63,806 nucleotides of DNA, filler included, from Octopus bimaculoides (GCF_001194135.2; 7 parts of 7 records of this genome joined end to end with filler, not necessarily neighbours in it); one strand, 5' to 3'. Counted from the first letter of the whole stretch, positions 1 through 13,653 are shown. A program made the numbers and translations. The notes: a model not told the origin generated them from the sequence alone.

Positions 1-165
1 CTTGACAACCGGTGCTGGTGTGTTTACATCCCTGTACTCTAGCGGCTCAGCAAAAGAGACCGATAGAATAAGAACTAGGCTTACAAAGAATAAGTCCTGG
101 GGTCGATTTGCTCGACTAAAGGCGGTGCTCCAGCATGGCCGCTGTCAAGTAAAAGAATAAAAGAC
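1..165 (+). mobile_element. 3' part of tRNA-derived SINE, family A (octopus CORE-like SINE)
   Basis: Matches the 3' half of full copies at 23283-23690 and 33859-34285 (GATAGAATAAG..CTAGGCTTACAAAGAATAAGTCCTGGGGTCGATTTG..GGTGCTCCAGCATGGCC). Confidence 0.85.
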
Positions 166-781
166 TAAAAACGGCAAGAATAGAAGGAAACAAGAAAAGA
201 TTGAAAAAAATCACATTTTGCTTCGAGTCTTCTGTATAGGTAAAGCTTTTAGCATATTTGTATTCTAATTTTGCGTTTAAAGTGGGAATTTGTAGCAAAG
301 GATAAATGTCAAATTTAACTGACCTGGATCTGGTTTTGTTGATTTTACCTAAGATCTTTCAAGTAATTTTTCCATACTTTTCCATGCAGGGTTTATCAAT
401 TAAACAGACATGTTTCTTATGACCTTCCCAATACAAAGGACGAAACTATTGTTTGCAGTTTTTCGTCGTTTATGATCTAAAGTAATAGATATCTGCCTTT
501 AAACGAAGGGTGTTGTATATTCCACGAGAATGTCACTCCAAATTATTTTGGTTGCGTTATTGTAGTTGATATTTGTGCTTTTGTTAGTAACGGTCTAAAT
601 CTAGTGCGATGATGAAGTTGACCTCTCAACAGTTTGTAATTCTGTTTTGGTCCAAATGCGTATTCAGAGAGGTATACTCACATACAGACGCACATGTGCA
701 CTTACATACACACGTACACACACAGACACGCACACACAGAGACACACACACACACACATATACACACACACGTATATGTAT

Positions 782-1087
782 GTGGAGGCTCATCGCCTAG
801 TGGTTAGAGCAGCGGACTGGCGGTCGAGGGATCGCGGGTTCAAATCTCAGATCGTGCGATGCGTGTGCTTATGAGCGAAACACCTAAACTCCACGCGGCT
901 TCAGCAAAAGCTAATGGCGAACTTCTGTTGAATCTTCGGTCACAACATTCTCTCTCTCTTTCCTCTTGCATCTAGCAGCTCACCTGCGACTGACCGGCGT
1001 CCCGTCCAGGTGGGGAACCTATGCACCAATGAAACCAGGAAACCGGCCTTTATGAGCTAGGCATGGCTCAAGAAGGAACAAACAACA
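782..1087 (+). mobile_element. tRNA-derived SINE with V/Meta-like central domain
   Basis: A-box-like GCCTAGTGGTTAG and B-box GGTTCAAATC; central CCTGCGACTGACCGGCGTCCCGTCCAGG resembles the V/Meta SINE domains; a related head lies on - at 62764-62810. Confidence 0.7.
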
Positions 1088-1295
1088 ATAAATATATATA
1101 ATATATAANNNNNNNNNNNNNNNNNNNNNNNNNNNNNNNNNNNNNNNNNNNNNNNNNNNNNNNNNNNNNNNNNNNNNNNNNNNNNNNNNNNNNNNNNNNN
1201 NNNNNNNNNNNNNNNNNNNNNNNNNNNNNNNNNNNNNNNNNNNNNNNNNNNNNNNNNNNNNNNNNNNNNNNNNNNNNNNNNNNNNNNNNNNNNNN

Positions 1296-1353
<58 letters not shown>

Positions 1354-2399
1354 TGTATATGCACATATACGAATAAATAATTACATCCCATACATATATA
1401 CAAACATATATGCGTACTTATATATGCATATATACATACAACCTCACCCTCCGCCCACATATATCGTTGCTATTATGTTAAACTTTCGTATGTCCAAATT
1501 TGGTCAAATGCGTTTTTTGCAATATTTAATTTTGCTTTTGTAATAGCCGGTTCTTTTAGTCAAACTATCGTATCTCCAGCTTCTTCAAATGAAAGTTGTC
1601 AAAGTGTAGTACAACGGTTTAGAGTTTTTCAAAAATGTAGGAAGTCCCACGTACGACAGTTTTGCAAAAATATTCTGACTGAAAATATACATACATGGAC
1701 TTACGATTTAATGCACCCGACAAAGTATTAGTATTAAGTTGACACTTGCTAAAGTAAAAAGGAATGGAGTCGTGAAACTATTTTTACGTTTTCTGATAAA
1801 GCAACGTTTTGGACTTACGACACTATTGCATAATAGCATCGATATTTATACACACTTATATATATATATATATATATATNNNNNNNNNNNNNNNNNNNNN
1901 NNNNNNNNNNNNNNNNNNNNNNNNNNNNNNNNNNNNNNNNNNNNNNNNNNNNNNNNNNNNNNNNNNNNNNNNNNNNNNNNNNNNNNNNNNNNNNNNNNNN
2001 NNNNNNNNNNNNNNNNNNNNNNNNNNNNNNNNNNNNNNNNNNNNNNNNNNNNNNNNNNNNNNNNNNNNNNNNNNNNNNNNNNNNNNNNNNNNNNNNNNNN
2101 NNNNNNNNNNNNNNNNNNNNNNNNNNNNNNNNNNNNNNNNNNNNNNNNNNNNNNNNNNNNNNNNNNNNNNNNNNNNNNNNNNNNNNNNNNNNNNNNNNNN
2201 NNNNNNNNNNNNNNNNNNNNNNNNNNNNNNNNNNNNNNNNNNNNNNNNNNNTATATACATATATACGATTACATTCTTTCAGTTATACATATGAAATGAG
2301 TAACTGTCGATGTATATATGGTCAGAAAATAGTACGCAATAAAGATGTTAGTATAAACATACTGACAGTTATATTTCTATTTCTTTCAACTCGGTAACG

Positions 2400-3640
2400 T
2401 TATCGCTATTCCCAACACTTTGGTTATCATTTAGAGAGAATTTGCATTTGTGTAACCCACTGGAGGAACGCCCTGCGTGTATATTCAGTGTTGTGAGTTA
2501 ACTAAAGCATCATATTTTGAGTTTTAGCTTGTATTTGTTAATCACATATGTTTCTTTATTGTTTAGTTTCTGTTTCGCCATTGAGTCACTTCACTAGAAG
2601 AAAGGGAAAACAGAATTGTTTTCTATGATATGTTCCCCACAGTTATCTATGTTCATTTAGTAGTATATTTCTTTTGCATGGTTCCTTGATTTGATGTCAG
2701 TGTATCGTTATTCTTTTTCTTAATGTCATGCCCTTTTGTCCGATGTAGTATTCTCAGTATCCTCACATGTTGTAATACAGATTGGGTTGTCCGAATTGCA
2801 GGGGAACTCGTTTCTCATTTGAAAGGTAAAATCCCATTGAAATGAAATTCGTAATCTTCTGATCGTCTCCATACTTTTGGATCAGCCCCTTTGAGTATAT
2901 ACATTTGCATTAGTCAATAATCTTTTTTTTTAAAGATTTTGTATACATCTTGCTTTTTATAATTGGATGATTTTCCCAGACATTTTCCTTTGTTAGTCTT
3001 GTATTAACATTGGTAACTTTAGATATATGTTGGTGAAATATTCGGTGTTTCTTGGATTAAAATATATGAGATAGTATCTTTCCTTTCTTCGGTTTTGTTA
3101 TTCGTAGTTCTTAAATATCAGTTTCTTTGGAGTTCTGAATTGCAACTTCAAGCTGTTTTATGGAGTATTTTCTTATTATAAGTATTTCTTATATTTCGTT
3201 TAACCTTCAGTTTCTCGTTTCAGTGTTTGACACAATTGTGCCTATTCGTTTAGCTAGACTGAATTGGCTGATACTTTGTGTGTACTTTGAGTAACATGAT
3301 GTGAAAAGGAGGTATTGTCGTGCGTAGGTGGATTTAAAGTATATGCCGGTTTTACGGTAGTGTGTACATTGTTGCTAAATTCCATGATGAATTGAATGCA
3401 AGGATTTATGTTGTTCATAAGATTGTGGAATTGCTTCAGTTTGTCAATATTTTCCTTCCACAAATGAAGCAACCATCTAGAAACTTCTTTCAGTTTTCTT
3501 TTTAAAAAGTTGAATTATTTCCTCAAGGTTGCTTAGGATTTCTCATAGATCAAGTTGGTGTACGTGGATGCAAATTTTGTGCCCATGGACGTTCCTGACA
3601 TTTGTCAATATATAATTCTGACTTGTGATATATTGGTAAA
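2400..3640 (-). mobile_element. Penelope-like element, degenerate RT C-half plus GIY-YIG endonuclease
   Basis: Minus-strand translation with stops and frameshifts: QMSGTSMGTKFASTYTNL, LWKENIDKLKQFHNLMNNINPCIQFIMEF, YYIGQKGMTLRKRITIH..EHIDNC. Confidence 0.85.
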
Positions 3641-4324
3641 ACAATAATGTCAGACAACCCTACTATTGCATACTAAAGTAGCAAATTATGAAATTTTAAA
3701 ATCATCTCAGAACAGCAAGAAAAAACAGTCATGTCTTCAAAATCATATCTTACAATTATGAGTTCAACACCCTAACCACTAAATCACACACCTTAAATAA
3801 GGAAATTGACTAATATTGACTAATATACCAGTGAAGAAGCCTCAAAACGACGAAATAGTCAAGGCTGGAATGCTTTTGATTGTAGATATCACCGATTAGA
3901 TTTGTCAACGAGAAAAATCCTTGCAGTATTAGCAATTTTAACAATAACATTATTATTCTGACAAGTAACACCATGGATGATACTGGTGTAAGGATGTGCC
4001 AGCCCAAGTTTCGGATAGAAAACGGTATATTGGAAAAGGGTGACAAGAATGCATGTATGTGCAGTTGACTGTTCAAACTCGACCGATGAACTTTTTGGAT
4101 TGTGTTATTACCATAAATATATATCGTCTGGAGTTGATAAAGATTGTTCACACGTATGATTTTTGGCACCAATAATCTTTTGGTTTATATAGCATGCTTT
4201 CACTCATTCTTTTCTTTTCTCTTTCTTCTATTTTGTCTGGCACTCTGTCTGTATTTCTGTCTCTCTTTCTTTCAATCTCTCTCTCGCACTTTATGCCTCT
4301 CACACACTCCCAACCTCTCTCTCT

Positions 4325-4347
4325 AACTCTCTCACATACTCCCAATA

Positions 4348-4442
<95 letters not shown>
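4325..4442. repeat. (CT)n microsatellite
   Basis: Direct reading. Confidence 0.98.
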
Positions 4443-4445
<3 letters not shown>

Positions 4446-6169
4446 GTGTGTTTCTATGCACTTATGTGAACGGGCATTTATGCGTGCATATTTTTATGTG
4501 CGTGTTATCTACAACTCAGAACCAGTCTGCTTAAGCTTTCAAATAAACGCACATGCGAAAGATATATATTTTAATAAACACCATACTTTTGTGTTGAGGA
4601 TTCGTAAAGAGCGGGTTTACAATTTCTTTTTATTGTTCAGTTTTGGTGCTAAATTAATTCTCAAGAAGATTACCTTTTAGTACTGATAAAGAACATGTTT
4701 GTTCATATTTTTAATCTAAATCGAAACTCGTTATCTCCGACTTTTGTAAAATGTGTCTGTTTGCCAGTCAACTGTAGTCAAAAATAAATATATCACTCAT
4801 AATTGAGAAAACAATATTTGTTAATTCATATTTATCTAGAAAATGAGAAGATGAATAAAACTATAAAATAGAGGATAGTGAGAAGGTGGGAATTTTTAAG
4901 AGGGAGATGTAGTGACGGGCATTTATAGATGTTATTCACGGCGGAAAAACTCTAATTATCAGCGAAGAGAGTTCTATCATTTCGATTTACTGTCAGTAGT
5001 TTAAAAACAGTTAATCAACCGAAAACACAATGACAGATAGATGTACGTCTGATAAATTTATCAACTAAGTTTATAGTATTCATTTTTTAAATTTCCAGCA
5101 TTTTATTTTGATGATTTATGTGATTTTACAACTAATATTTTGGCTGAAATCATATTTACATTTGCAATTAGAAACTAACCGAAGACTAGATAATATGTAT
5201 GAAGATCGCTTGAACAAACTAAATTGTAATAGCGTTCGGGTGGTATTTATTAAACATTCTATTTGATGTGAATATTTTTTTTTATTATTTCTAAAATTGT
5301 TTTATATAACCCTATGAGGATTTGGTAAAGAATCTTCTGTCATTTTTAATTCATTGTTATATGCGATTTCATCATTATAACCACATGCACATACTGAACT
5401 TCAGTTTCGTCATTTTCAATTTATCATTATTCGATCAATTATATTCCTTTACCATTATTCAATCAATTATTTTCTAATGCTTGGCCGAGTAGGGATTTAT
5501 ATAAACGTTTTAATGAATTATTCAGATCCCGAACAAATACATAATAAATATATACAAGAATGGACAGAGCTATATTATTTTTTATCATGCTTCATTGTGT
5601 AAAGTAATGTATATATTTTTCTACTATATTCTATTGAGCAATGGTACTTTTTATTTTTCTTGATACTATTTCACGCCGAGGGAAGTATTAGCATGAATAT
5701 CAGTTGAGCTTCCCTATAAGTAGACACTCAGGTTTCATGCTCATCCATGGTTGATTCCTCCTCCGGATACACTGCGAGGAGATGGTTTCATCAGTGATCT
5801 CTTCTTAAGTCCTGTATATTACAAAATAATATTTTATTTTTTTAACATACGACTTTTCAAAAGCAAAACGAGAAAGTGTTGAATTCAAACTTTTCCAACA
5901 TTAAGAACGTAAATCAAAATGACTTCAACTAAGAATGAAAACTCTAACCAGTGCTTATCATTCTTCTATAGAATTTCCAATAATGACAACTTCCAAGATA
6001 GGATACTGATTTTGAAAGGGGGAGAATTATAGTCACTTTATCCGCACCAGTACGCAGTTTATTAATAACTGGAATAATGAACGTTCACATGCCACTGGTG
6101 AATTACAAAACAGAAACTTACCAAAACTGGATTTAATATTGATTCAGAACTTAAAGACTAACTATCTGC

Positions 6170-6415
6170 TCAGGATAAGACATAGCCAAGCAATTCTTTT
6201 GTGGTAAATATTCTAAGTAGTTTTCGCACATGAGTAACTTTGAAGTGAAGGGGGACATCGATTACATCGACTCCAGTATTTATTTTATTGACCCTTAAAG
6301 AATGAAGGGCAAGGTCGACTGTAGTAGCCGTTGAACTCAGAACGTAAAGAGGGGAAGAAATGCTTCTAATTACTATGTCCAGCGCAAGAGACATTCTGCT
6401 AATTGGCCGCCTTCT
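6170..6415 (-). mobile_element. tRNA-derived SINE, family C (degenerate)
   Basis: Reverse complement of GTTCTGAGTTCAA..GTCGAC.TTGCC.TTCAT..GGGTC.ATAAAATAA.TAC, as in + copies at 17288 and 56570. Confidence 0.75.
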
Positions 6416-7005
6416 TTTACGATGAATATAGTTTCACAATAGCTCTAGAAATTGCAAAATGTTTTGCCCTTGTTATACAAACAAGTCGCAGCTCTTTCCG
6501 AACAAATGTATGATTAAAGGTGTTCCAATCACCACCATCTTGTCATTTTATGGATATCGCAGACTAAATTATCCAATGTAACCTACGTAGGCAGTTTACT
6601 GTCAATGGAAAAAGATTTTAGCTGTTATTTTTAGTAGCTAGTATGAAAACGTAGAGGCTTAGATTTTCATGCGTTACCTTAGTAAATGAAAGGTTCCAAT
6701 CATCAACAGCCAAAAGGCTAACATTTAAAAACAAAATATGGTAATCTAAAGCGAGTTGTGCTGGCGTGGTATGTCGAGAGTTTATGAACAACCAGTTGAA
6801 ATACGATGTGCAAAAATGTTATTCTAAAGTCTGTTACATTTTTTTTACTTGTTTATCAACGGAATGTTTTAGCTTAACAGCGATCGATATCTAATAATTT
6901 CCTCTCTACGCAGATAAATTGTAATTATGCCGGTTTGGCACTTAGCGTTTTCAGTGAAATGACTTGTAAGATCATTAAGTTGTCAGCGAGACTTTAACAG
7001 GCTCT

Positions 7006-7061
<56 letters not shown>

Positions 7062-7419
7062 TGTGTGTGTGTGGGCGTGTAATTTTTAATGACTGGTTAG
7101 AGTACGTGTACCACCTATGAATTTAGGCTGGCCGCAAATGCTTATTCCAAATAGTGAGATTAAGAGATAAGGTTATGTTAATTTCTAACACAGTTCATCA
7201 CTATTAATTTTGCTTTGATTCTTCCAAAGCGTTAACTAAACAAATCAAAGCAAAATAATTTGAAAGTTAGATTCTTATAATCCTAAAGATGTGCATATCT
7301 AGAGAGAAGGTATCAAGTTTCTCTTTATTCAATTCCCTTTCTCACTTTCTCTCACTCATTCTTTTTGACATAAATGCATTTATATAAATATGTGTATGTG
7401 TTGTGCTTGTGTTTACGCA

Positions 7420-7635
7420 TATCACGTGATCATATCGCCGAGCGGACTGTCAGATGTTACACACCACTGGTCACAATGCGCTTTACATCGTTTTAGCCTT
7501 CAAATGAGGAAACTCCGCTGGCTAGGCGAGCAGGTCAACATTCCCTGCTTGATCAAAAGGGGGACTGGAGCAACCTAAAATAAAGTGTTTTTGGTCAAGA
7601 AAACAACGTGCCACCCGGTCTGGGAATTGAACCCA
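7420..7635 (-). mobile_element. tRNA-derived SINE, family D
   Basis: B-box GGTTCAATTCC on - followed by CTTGA.CAA.ACACTTTATTT..GTTGCTCCAGTCC, shared with 22440-22685. Confidence 0.65.
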
Positions 7636-9307
7636 CTGTCTACCAATTGAATGTGATTGTCGCACGACCTGCCCCCGAGAGTGATGAAAATAAGTTGCCA
7701 GCTTGTTAGTCGATTTCTTTAATTAGTCGATATTTGAGACATATTTCAACCAGTAAGAAAGCCATTCACTGTATTTTGTCATGGAGAAAACTTCTCGCAG
7801 AGACAAATAGGTGTAAATATACTTAGTGAGCTTACAGTGCTACCTAACCAGATTGTGGGATCCATCCATTTCGGAATTATTATCTCCGTTTCAGCCATAG
7901 ATACCGGAAAGGCAAGCACTTCTGACACGAGAGAAAGGTGGCAAGAATTTATAGTTTAACGGGGCTCCCATACTGAATGATTTGACTAATTAACTACACC
8001 TTTTATATAATTAAGTGCTCAATACTCTAAATTCATTGCATTAAATAGTTATCTTTGCTTTTCATCATTTTAAAATACATACAACTAAGTTTTTAGTGGT
8101 GTCTAGGTTCGAATCAATTGTCTAGGACCTTGCTTTACGAGAAAAGTCTATAAAATATAACCTTTACGCGCAAAGAAGAGAGCAAAGATAAAAACGGTAA
8201 AATAAAATTCAATTGACAGACAGTTGATCTGAGATAATTGATTTACTAAATAGTTTGAGTTTTACAATTTACTTAGCTTATTCGCCTGTATTTTAAATAA
8301 ATAAATTCTATAAAATTAGATAACATCAAAAAAAGAGAAAAGTTTCTCTAAATCTCAAATATGTTAAAACTGTTAATCAATTAAGCTGTTCTGATGTTCC
8401 TATGCTTCGTATATAAAGAGCATTTAGTACTTCGTGCTACATTTAAATTATTTATTCAGAACATTTAACGAAATATATAGACTAATTTACTTTGTTATTT
8501 CTGAATGCTGCAGTCAAAGAATATATATTTTATTGCGCCTAGTAATTAAGGGTTTTATTCTAATCATATGTTTGAATTAACATTTTGTCTGAAAAAAAAT
8601 TTTGTTGTCATGATTAACTCATTAATATTTACGATGGTGATATCAAAATAAATTTACGAGGCAATATTCAAATAAATTAGACTGGTGTAAAAATTAATGA
8701 ATATGAAATTAATTATAATTAAATGTTATACTTTATATTATATTTTTTCCATTTTCTAAAGATAACGAACATATAATGAACAGAAATATCGCTTCTGTTC
8801 CAATAAATCGGAGTCGTATATTCTAACGTATAGCAATGTCATAAACAAATGTATTCACACTTTATATATACTTTAACTAATCTCCACCATTACATTATAG
8901 TGATTATGCAGTGTAGATGAAATCAAGTCCCGAAAGACACGTTATACGACATAAGTATAAGAAAAAACAGTTTAAACCTAGGCACAAGTATATACACAGT
9001 CACATTGGCACACATATACTCTTAGAACACGCTGACACGCGCGTAAACTTTCATGTTTAGGCACATATTTTTGATATGAAAATATATTAATTTCCAGTTT
9101 TTTTATTGAAATCTATGTAAGAAAATGTTCTAATCAATGTTTAAAACACCACCGTTTGCATGGTTCAACCAGATGTGTGTGGTGAGAGTTGTGTATGTGT
9201 GTATTTGAATGCATGTGTATCAATGTGTGTGTATGCATTCATATTTACACACGCACACACATATATGCATGCATACATACATACATACACACATACATAC
9301 ATACATA

Positions 9308-10201
9308 CAGACTGCAATGGGTAAATTGTCGCCATTTGATATTTTAATTTCGCGCATGCATATTGTTTTTGATTTTGTCGACTGCATAGTATCGTAGGGT
9401 CAGTTGGGCACCGTCTGTGAGTAAAACAGCACCACGAAATTTGGAAATGACATGCTGCACTGATTGGCATTCGCGCCGGAAGCTCAAAGAAGAACATTTC
9501 AGAGTTATTTGGTGTTAATCATAGTGTTTGGAGGGATCACTAATGATGGCGACGTTATGCCTCCATTCATCTCCCCCCACACGGCCTCAAACTCAAAACG
9601 GAGGCCTACCTCAAGTGCCTGGAGAAGGTAGTGCTGCCCTGGGTCAAGATGGTGGCTACTGGAAGACCCTATGTCTGGCAACACGACTCTGCACCATGCC
9701 ACACAAGCAGGAGAACCCAGTCATGGCTGTCAGACAATTTCTGCCGTCACATCACCACTAACATCTGACCACCTAACTCCCCAGACTGCAACCCCCTTGA
9801 TTATTATGTGTGGGACGCAGTTGAGCGAAGACCAACAAAACTCCTCGTAAAACCAAAGATGAACTGAACGCAAGGATTATAGCAGCATTCAGCATCTTAA
9901 ACAAGGAGACCGACCAGAAGAGCTGCAGAAGATTTCGAAATCGTCTGGAGGCCGTGGTTGAAGCCAATGACGATTTTATTGAATAAATATCCTCTTTAGT
10001 ATTTCTAGATATTTTTATGTAATTTCGGTAAATATATCTGTCACAATATGATGTCAGTGTTATTTTCATTTACGCGCAATTTAGACGACAATTTATTGAC
10101 CGCACCCTACTATACTGTGCAGTCGACCAAATCAAAAACAACCAATGCGCATGCGTGAAATTAAAAATATAAAATGGCGACAATTTACCCATCGCACCCT
10201 G
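9308..10201 (+). mobile_element. Internally deleted Tc1/mariner transposon, maT (DD37D) family
   Basis: About 95-bp imperfect TIRs (CAG..TGCaATGGGTAAATTGTCGCCATTT), TA on both sides (9306-9307, 10202-10203); transposase C-half WQHDSAPCH..PPNSPDCNPLDYYVW with 37 residues between the 2nd and 3rd Asp; one in-frame stop plus frameshifts. Confidence 0.92.
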
Positions 10202-10854
10202 TACATATGGAAGGAAGAGAGGTGTATTCCCACGCAGGAAAAATATAGAATTTGTTTTTGAAAATGCACTTGAATATGAAAAATGTGTAGTTGTTTTTAA
10301 ATAGATTTATTCACATTAATACCAAATTAGTTGCAACAATTTTTAGTTTATATATGGTAGCAGTGTTTATAAAACAATGGGCTTTTTACACAGTTTAAAG
10401 TTACGAAGTAGAAATGGAACAAACATATTTAAACGATCAAACGTTAACATAAAATTCAATTACAGGGATAGATAATATCAAAGCAAATGATCGGCGAAGA
10501 ATATAATAAATGCACATTACTAAAAGCTCGGTCATATTGAGTTTTTATAGAATACGTAAACAAGAGAGAGGAAAAAGAAAAGGAGAAAAAATAATTTCTT
10601 TTACAGTTTCTGTCGTCTTGCGTGTAGTTCTTTTTTCTGTCACGCACTATTCTTTTCACTTTTAACGGAGTTTTGGGGAAATCAGAGATTATCTTGTGTA
10701 TATATATGTTTTTATGTGACAGGATCTAATTTTGATTCGTTATAATTTTGATGACGTCTTGTTCTTTCTGGTGGATGATTTTGATCAAAAAATAGATTTT
10801 GTTCTGGCATTAGTGTTTTGGTTGGTTGGTTGGTTGGTTGGTTGGTTGGTTGGA

Positions 10855-11560
10855 TCCCGGAACATAGGAACAGGTTTTGATTGGTAGTGTGTTTCGTGAC
10901 GTCACTTTATTTTAATATAAAGAACCTGTTTTTGTTTTGGTCAAGTTTGGCATTCTGCTTGGTTGACCTCCCTGAAGTGACTCGGTTGTTAGTATTTGCC
11001 CAATGGTCATCAACCATTCTGGTTAATTCTCTTAAGGAGTCAGTTTTTCTGAGGGTCTGGTTCTGATCGGAGGTAAAATTTCATTGATGTAGTGAGAAGT
11101 GGTGCTTGAGGTGTATGGTATTATTGTACAGTGATTTGGAGTTGGGGTTTCCAAATCTAGGAGAGAGCTTGTTACTAGAATTTTCGAATTACGTCTGTTG
11201 TATCTGGTTGTTGTTTTTTTTAATGGAGAGATTGAGCTTTTCTTCTTTCTACTGTGTTATTAAAGGAGATTTAGTTGCAGTTTATATTGTTTAAAGAGAA
11301 TCTTTTCTTTATTCAATCGGAATTGAGTTGAAGTGTTTCCGGTGCATAAATAGAGAGGGAAGATTTGGTATTTCGGATTTATGTCTGCGAAGAATTGATC
11401 TAGGTATTTGCTTATGGGAATTTTCCTGGTCGTGGTGTCCCGGATTTTCTGCCTGTGTATCGCCAGTCTGTCCCTCACGGTCAATCAAGTTTGACCTATG
11501 TAGTCTCCATCACACCCAACTGCGTGACCACAGGTGACGTTGTATGTACCGTGTTTTTGC
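10855..11560 (-). mobile_element. Penelope-like element 3' fragment (GIY-YIG endonuclease plus 3' region)
   Basis: YNVTCG..CDGDYIGQT*LTVRDRLAIHRQKIRD..QFRLNKEK (track ORF 11260-11484 and upstream). Confidence 0.85.
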
Positions 11561-12540
11561 ATTTTAGAATTGAGCACAATTGTTCAGCGCACACCAAAGC
11601 TGAGTTCACGTAAAAGAAAATGTTTGCACAGTCTATTTACCACCAAAATTGTACTTCAGTTATTCGGTTGCACGACCCATAACACTGTGCTCTATAAAAA
11701 CGAAATATCGGTCACTTTTCATAAAATATATGTTAGATACAATGAATGCAAGCAAGTCTGTACCAACATTTACTAATGAATATCAAACGGAAGATGTTTT
11801 TTGGTTCATTGCTAAAGTGTGACCTATTTTGACATTTGAAAATTCACTAGATAAATATGTTGACAATGATTTTACAGGATTCCTTGTATCAAACGCAAAA
11901 AAGTTCTTCGTAATTTGCTTGACTATGCAAAAAGTGTCACAAGACCTGTTGCCAAGGAAATGGCAAGTTATCTAAATGAAAAAAATGTAACCGAATGGAT
12001 GAATGTCAACAAAGTGCCATTGGTTTTGCGCTAACTTTCAGACTCTTAATGCTGATAAAAACAAAAGAACTGATAAAAAAAAAAGCAGTTGTCGTTGAAA
12101 GACTTTCGATTGACAAGTGAATCAAATTGGTGAGAGAAGCGATTACATTCACTACACAGGAAGAGTTAATGAATTTTTATTTGATGTTTGATGAATTATA
12201 CAGGAAAAAAAAAATCCAAATGAAATAATTTCACTTAAGTGAAATGTTTAAAAAGATAGCGAAACAGAGCGTATGCCCTGTAACGTTAACTTCAAGCACC
12301 GCAGTATCCATCCTGCAATATCCGAAATACGAAGTACAATGTTCAACAACGAAACAAACAGTAATCCTGATGACCCTCAAATTTGTAATTAAATACAGAA
12401 CATTTTTTAAATATGTCACCTTGAGGCAGAGATCATGTAGCATCCTATTAATTCAGTTATTAATTACTGTACTTATCTACAGATTTAATGCACAACTGCC
12501 TATATTTCATATTTTATATACACACACACGTACACACATG

Positions 12541-12595
<55 letters not shown>

Positions 12596-12699
12596 ATTTG
12601 GGGATGGCCATGTTGCCAGCTTAGCCAATATCTGTTTCAATACTCGAATCCACATCAAGAATCTTGCAAAACCAATATATAAACGTATATATAGGGCAG

Positions 12700-12927
12700 C
12701 CCCAGTCATCGCGAACCTAACAATGGGCTACCCGGAAGTAATAATATAGCAGGAATCTCTATCTACCTTTGGAAACCCGCGTTTCCCAATACATAAAAGA
12801 AAATTAGAAAAGATTCCTAGATGACTATTTCATACTCTGGAATGAAAACACAGATAAACTCCTGAAATTCAAAAGACTATTGAACAGCGTCAACCCAAAC
12901 ATACAGTTCACAATGGAGTACAAGCAA
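12700..12927 (+). mobile_element. Penelope-like RT fragment
   Basis: RFLDDYFILWNENTDKLLKFKRLLNSVNPNIQFTMEY; same type as the RT at 2400-3640. Confidence 0.85.
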
Positions 12928-13376
12928 AAGGATGTGGTATGAGTACAAACTGCAGAGAGTGGAAAGGTCGGAGACTAGTAAAATCGTCTGGAATTTCCCA
13001 ATCCAAACAGATCAGGTGCTAGAACATAACAAACCGGACCTAGTGGTGGTGGACAAGGTGCATTATATATGCTATATAATTAATGTTGCATACCCTTTCA
13101 CCCACAAATAGTGAAGAAGGAACGCGAAAAGATAGATAGATAAATACAACCCTCTTAAGTACGAAATAGCCCGGCTACGGAAAATGAAGGAGGTGAAAAT
13201 AGTGCCAATTATTTTTAGGCCCTTGGGAACAGTATCAAAAGGCATCAATAGAAATATAAAGGAAATTGGAATAGCGTGCCCAGTAGAACTGTTACAAAAG
13301 GTTTGCTTCCTTGGCACGGCCAGAATAATCAGGGAAGTATTAGATACTTGAACGAATAGCATGGTACCTGTTCAAT
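12928..13376 (+). mobile_element. R4/Dong-clade non-LTR retrotransposon 3' fragment (restriction-like endonuclease)
   Basis: WYEYK..KIVWNFPIQTDQVLEHNKPDLVVVDK..KYNPLKYEIARLRKMKEVKIVPIIFRPLGTV..LLQKVCFLGTARIIREVLDT*, stop at 13349-13351. Confidence 0.9.
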
Positions 13377-13653
13377 CGCAATACTACACAGTGGCTGTGA
13401 GCTACGAGATCCTCGTCGCGAATGTTATATCGTAATACTACACAGTGGCTGTGTGAGCTAAGAAAACCTGGTCGCCACTGTTATATCGTAATACTACACA
13501 GTGGCTGTCTGAGCTAAGAAATCCTGGTCGCCACTGTTATATCGTAATACTACACAGTGGCTGTGTGAGCTAAGAAATCCTGGTCGCCACGGTTATATTG
13601 TAATACTACACAGTGGCTGTGTGAGCTATCTCATCCTTGTCGCCACTGTTATT
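13377..13653 (+). repeat. Tandem array of five 54-56-bp units, units 2-5 with an internal inverted repeat
   Basis: Consensus CGTAATACTACACAGTGGCTGTGTGAGCTAAGAAATCCTGGTCGCCACTGTTATAT; units start at 13377, 13431, 13487, 13543 and 13599. Confidence 0.97.

Noticed and set aside
782-850. tRNA gene-like sequence
   Set aside because: No complete acceptor stem, and it continues into a SINE body; it is a SINE head.
1019-2299. Long track ORFs dominated by X, YI, HT or CV runs (and all similar ones to the window end)
   Set aside because: They are translations of N gaps and dinucleotide or tetranucleotide microsatellites.
5725-5800. CUGAUGA..GAAAC on the minus strand
   Set aside because: Stem II does not close at the core and position 17 is G; not a hammerhead.
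12345-12380. GAAAC-AAACA-GUA-AUC-CUGAUGA, a type II hammerhead-like order
   Set aside because: Only 3 nt are available for stem I and there is no stem II complementarity.
13377-13653. CRISPR-like appearance of the palindromic repeat array
   Set aside because: No unique spacers, no cas genes, and eukaryotic context; it is a plain tandem repeat.
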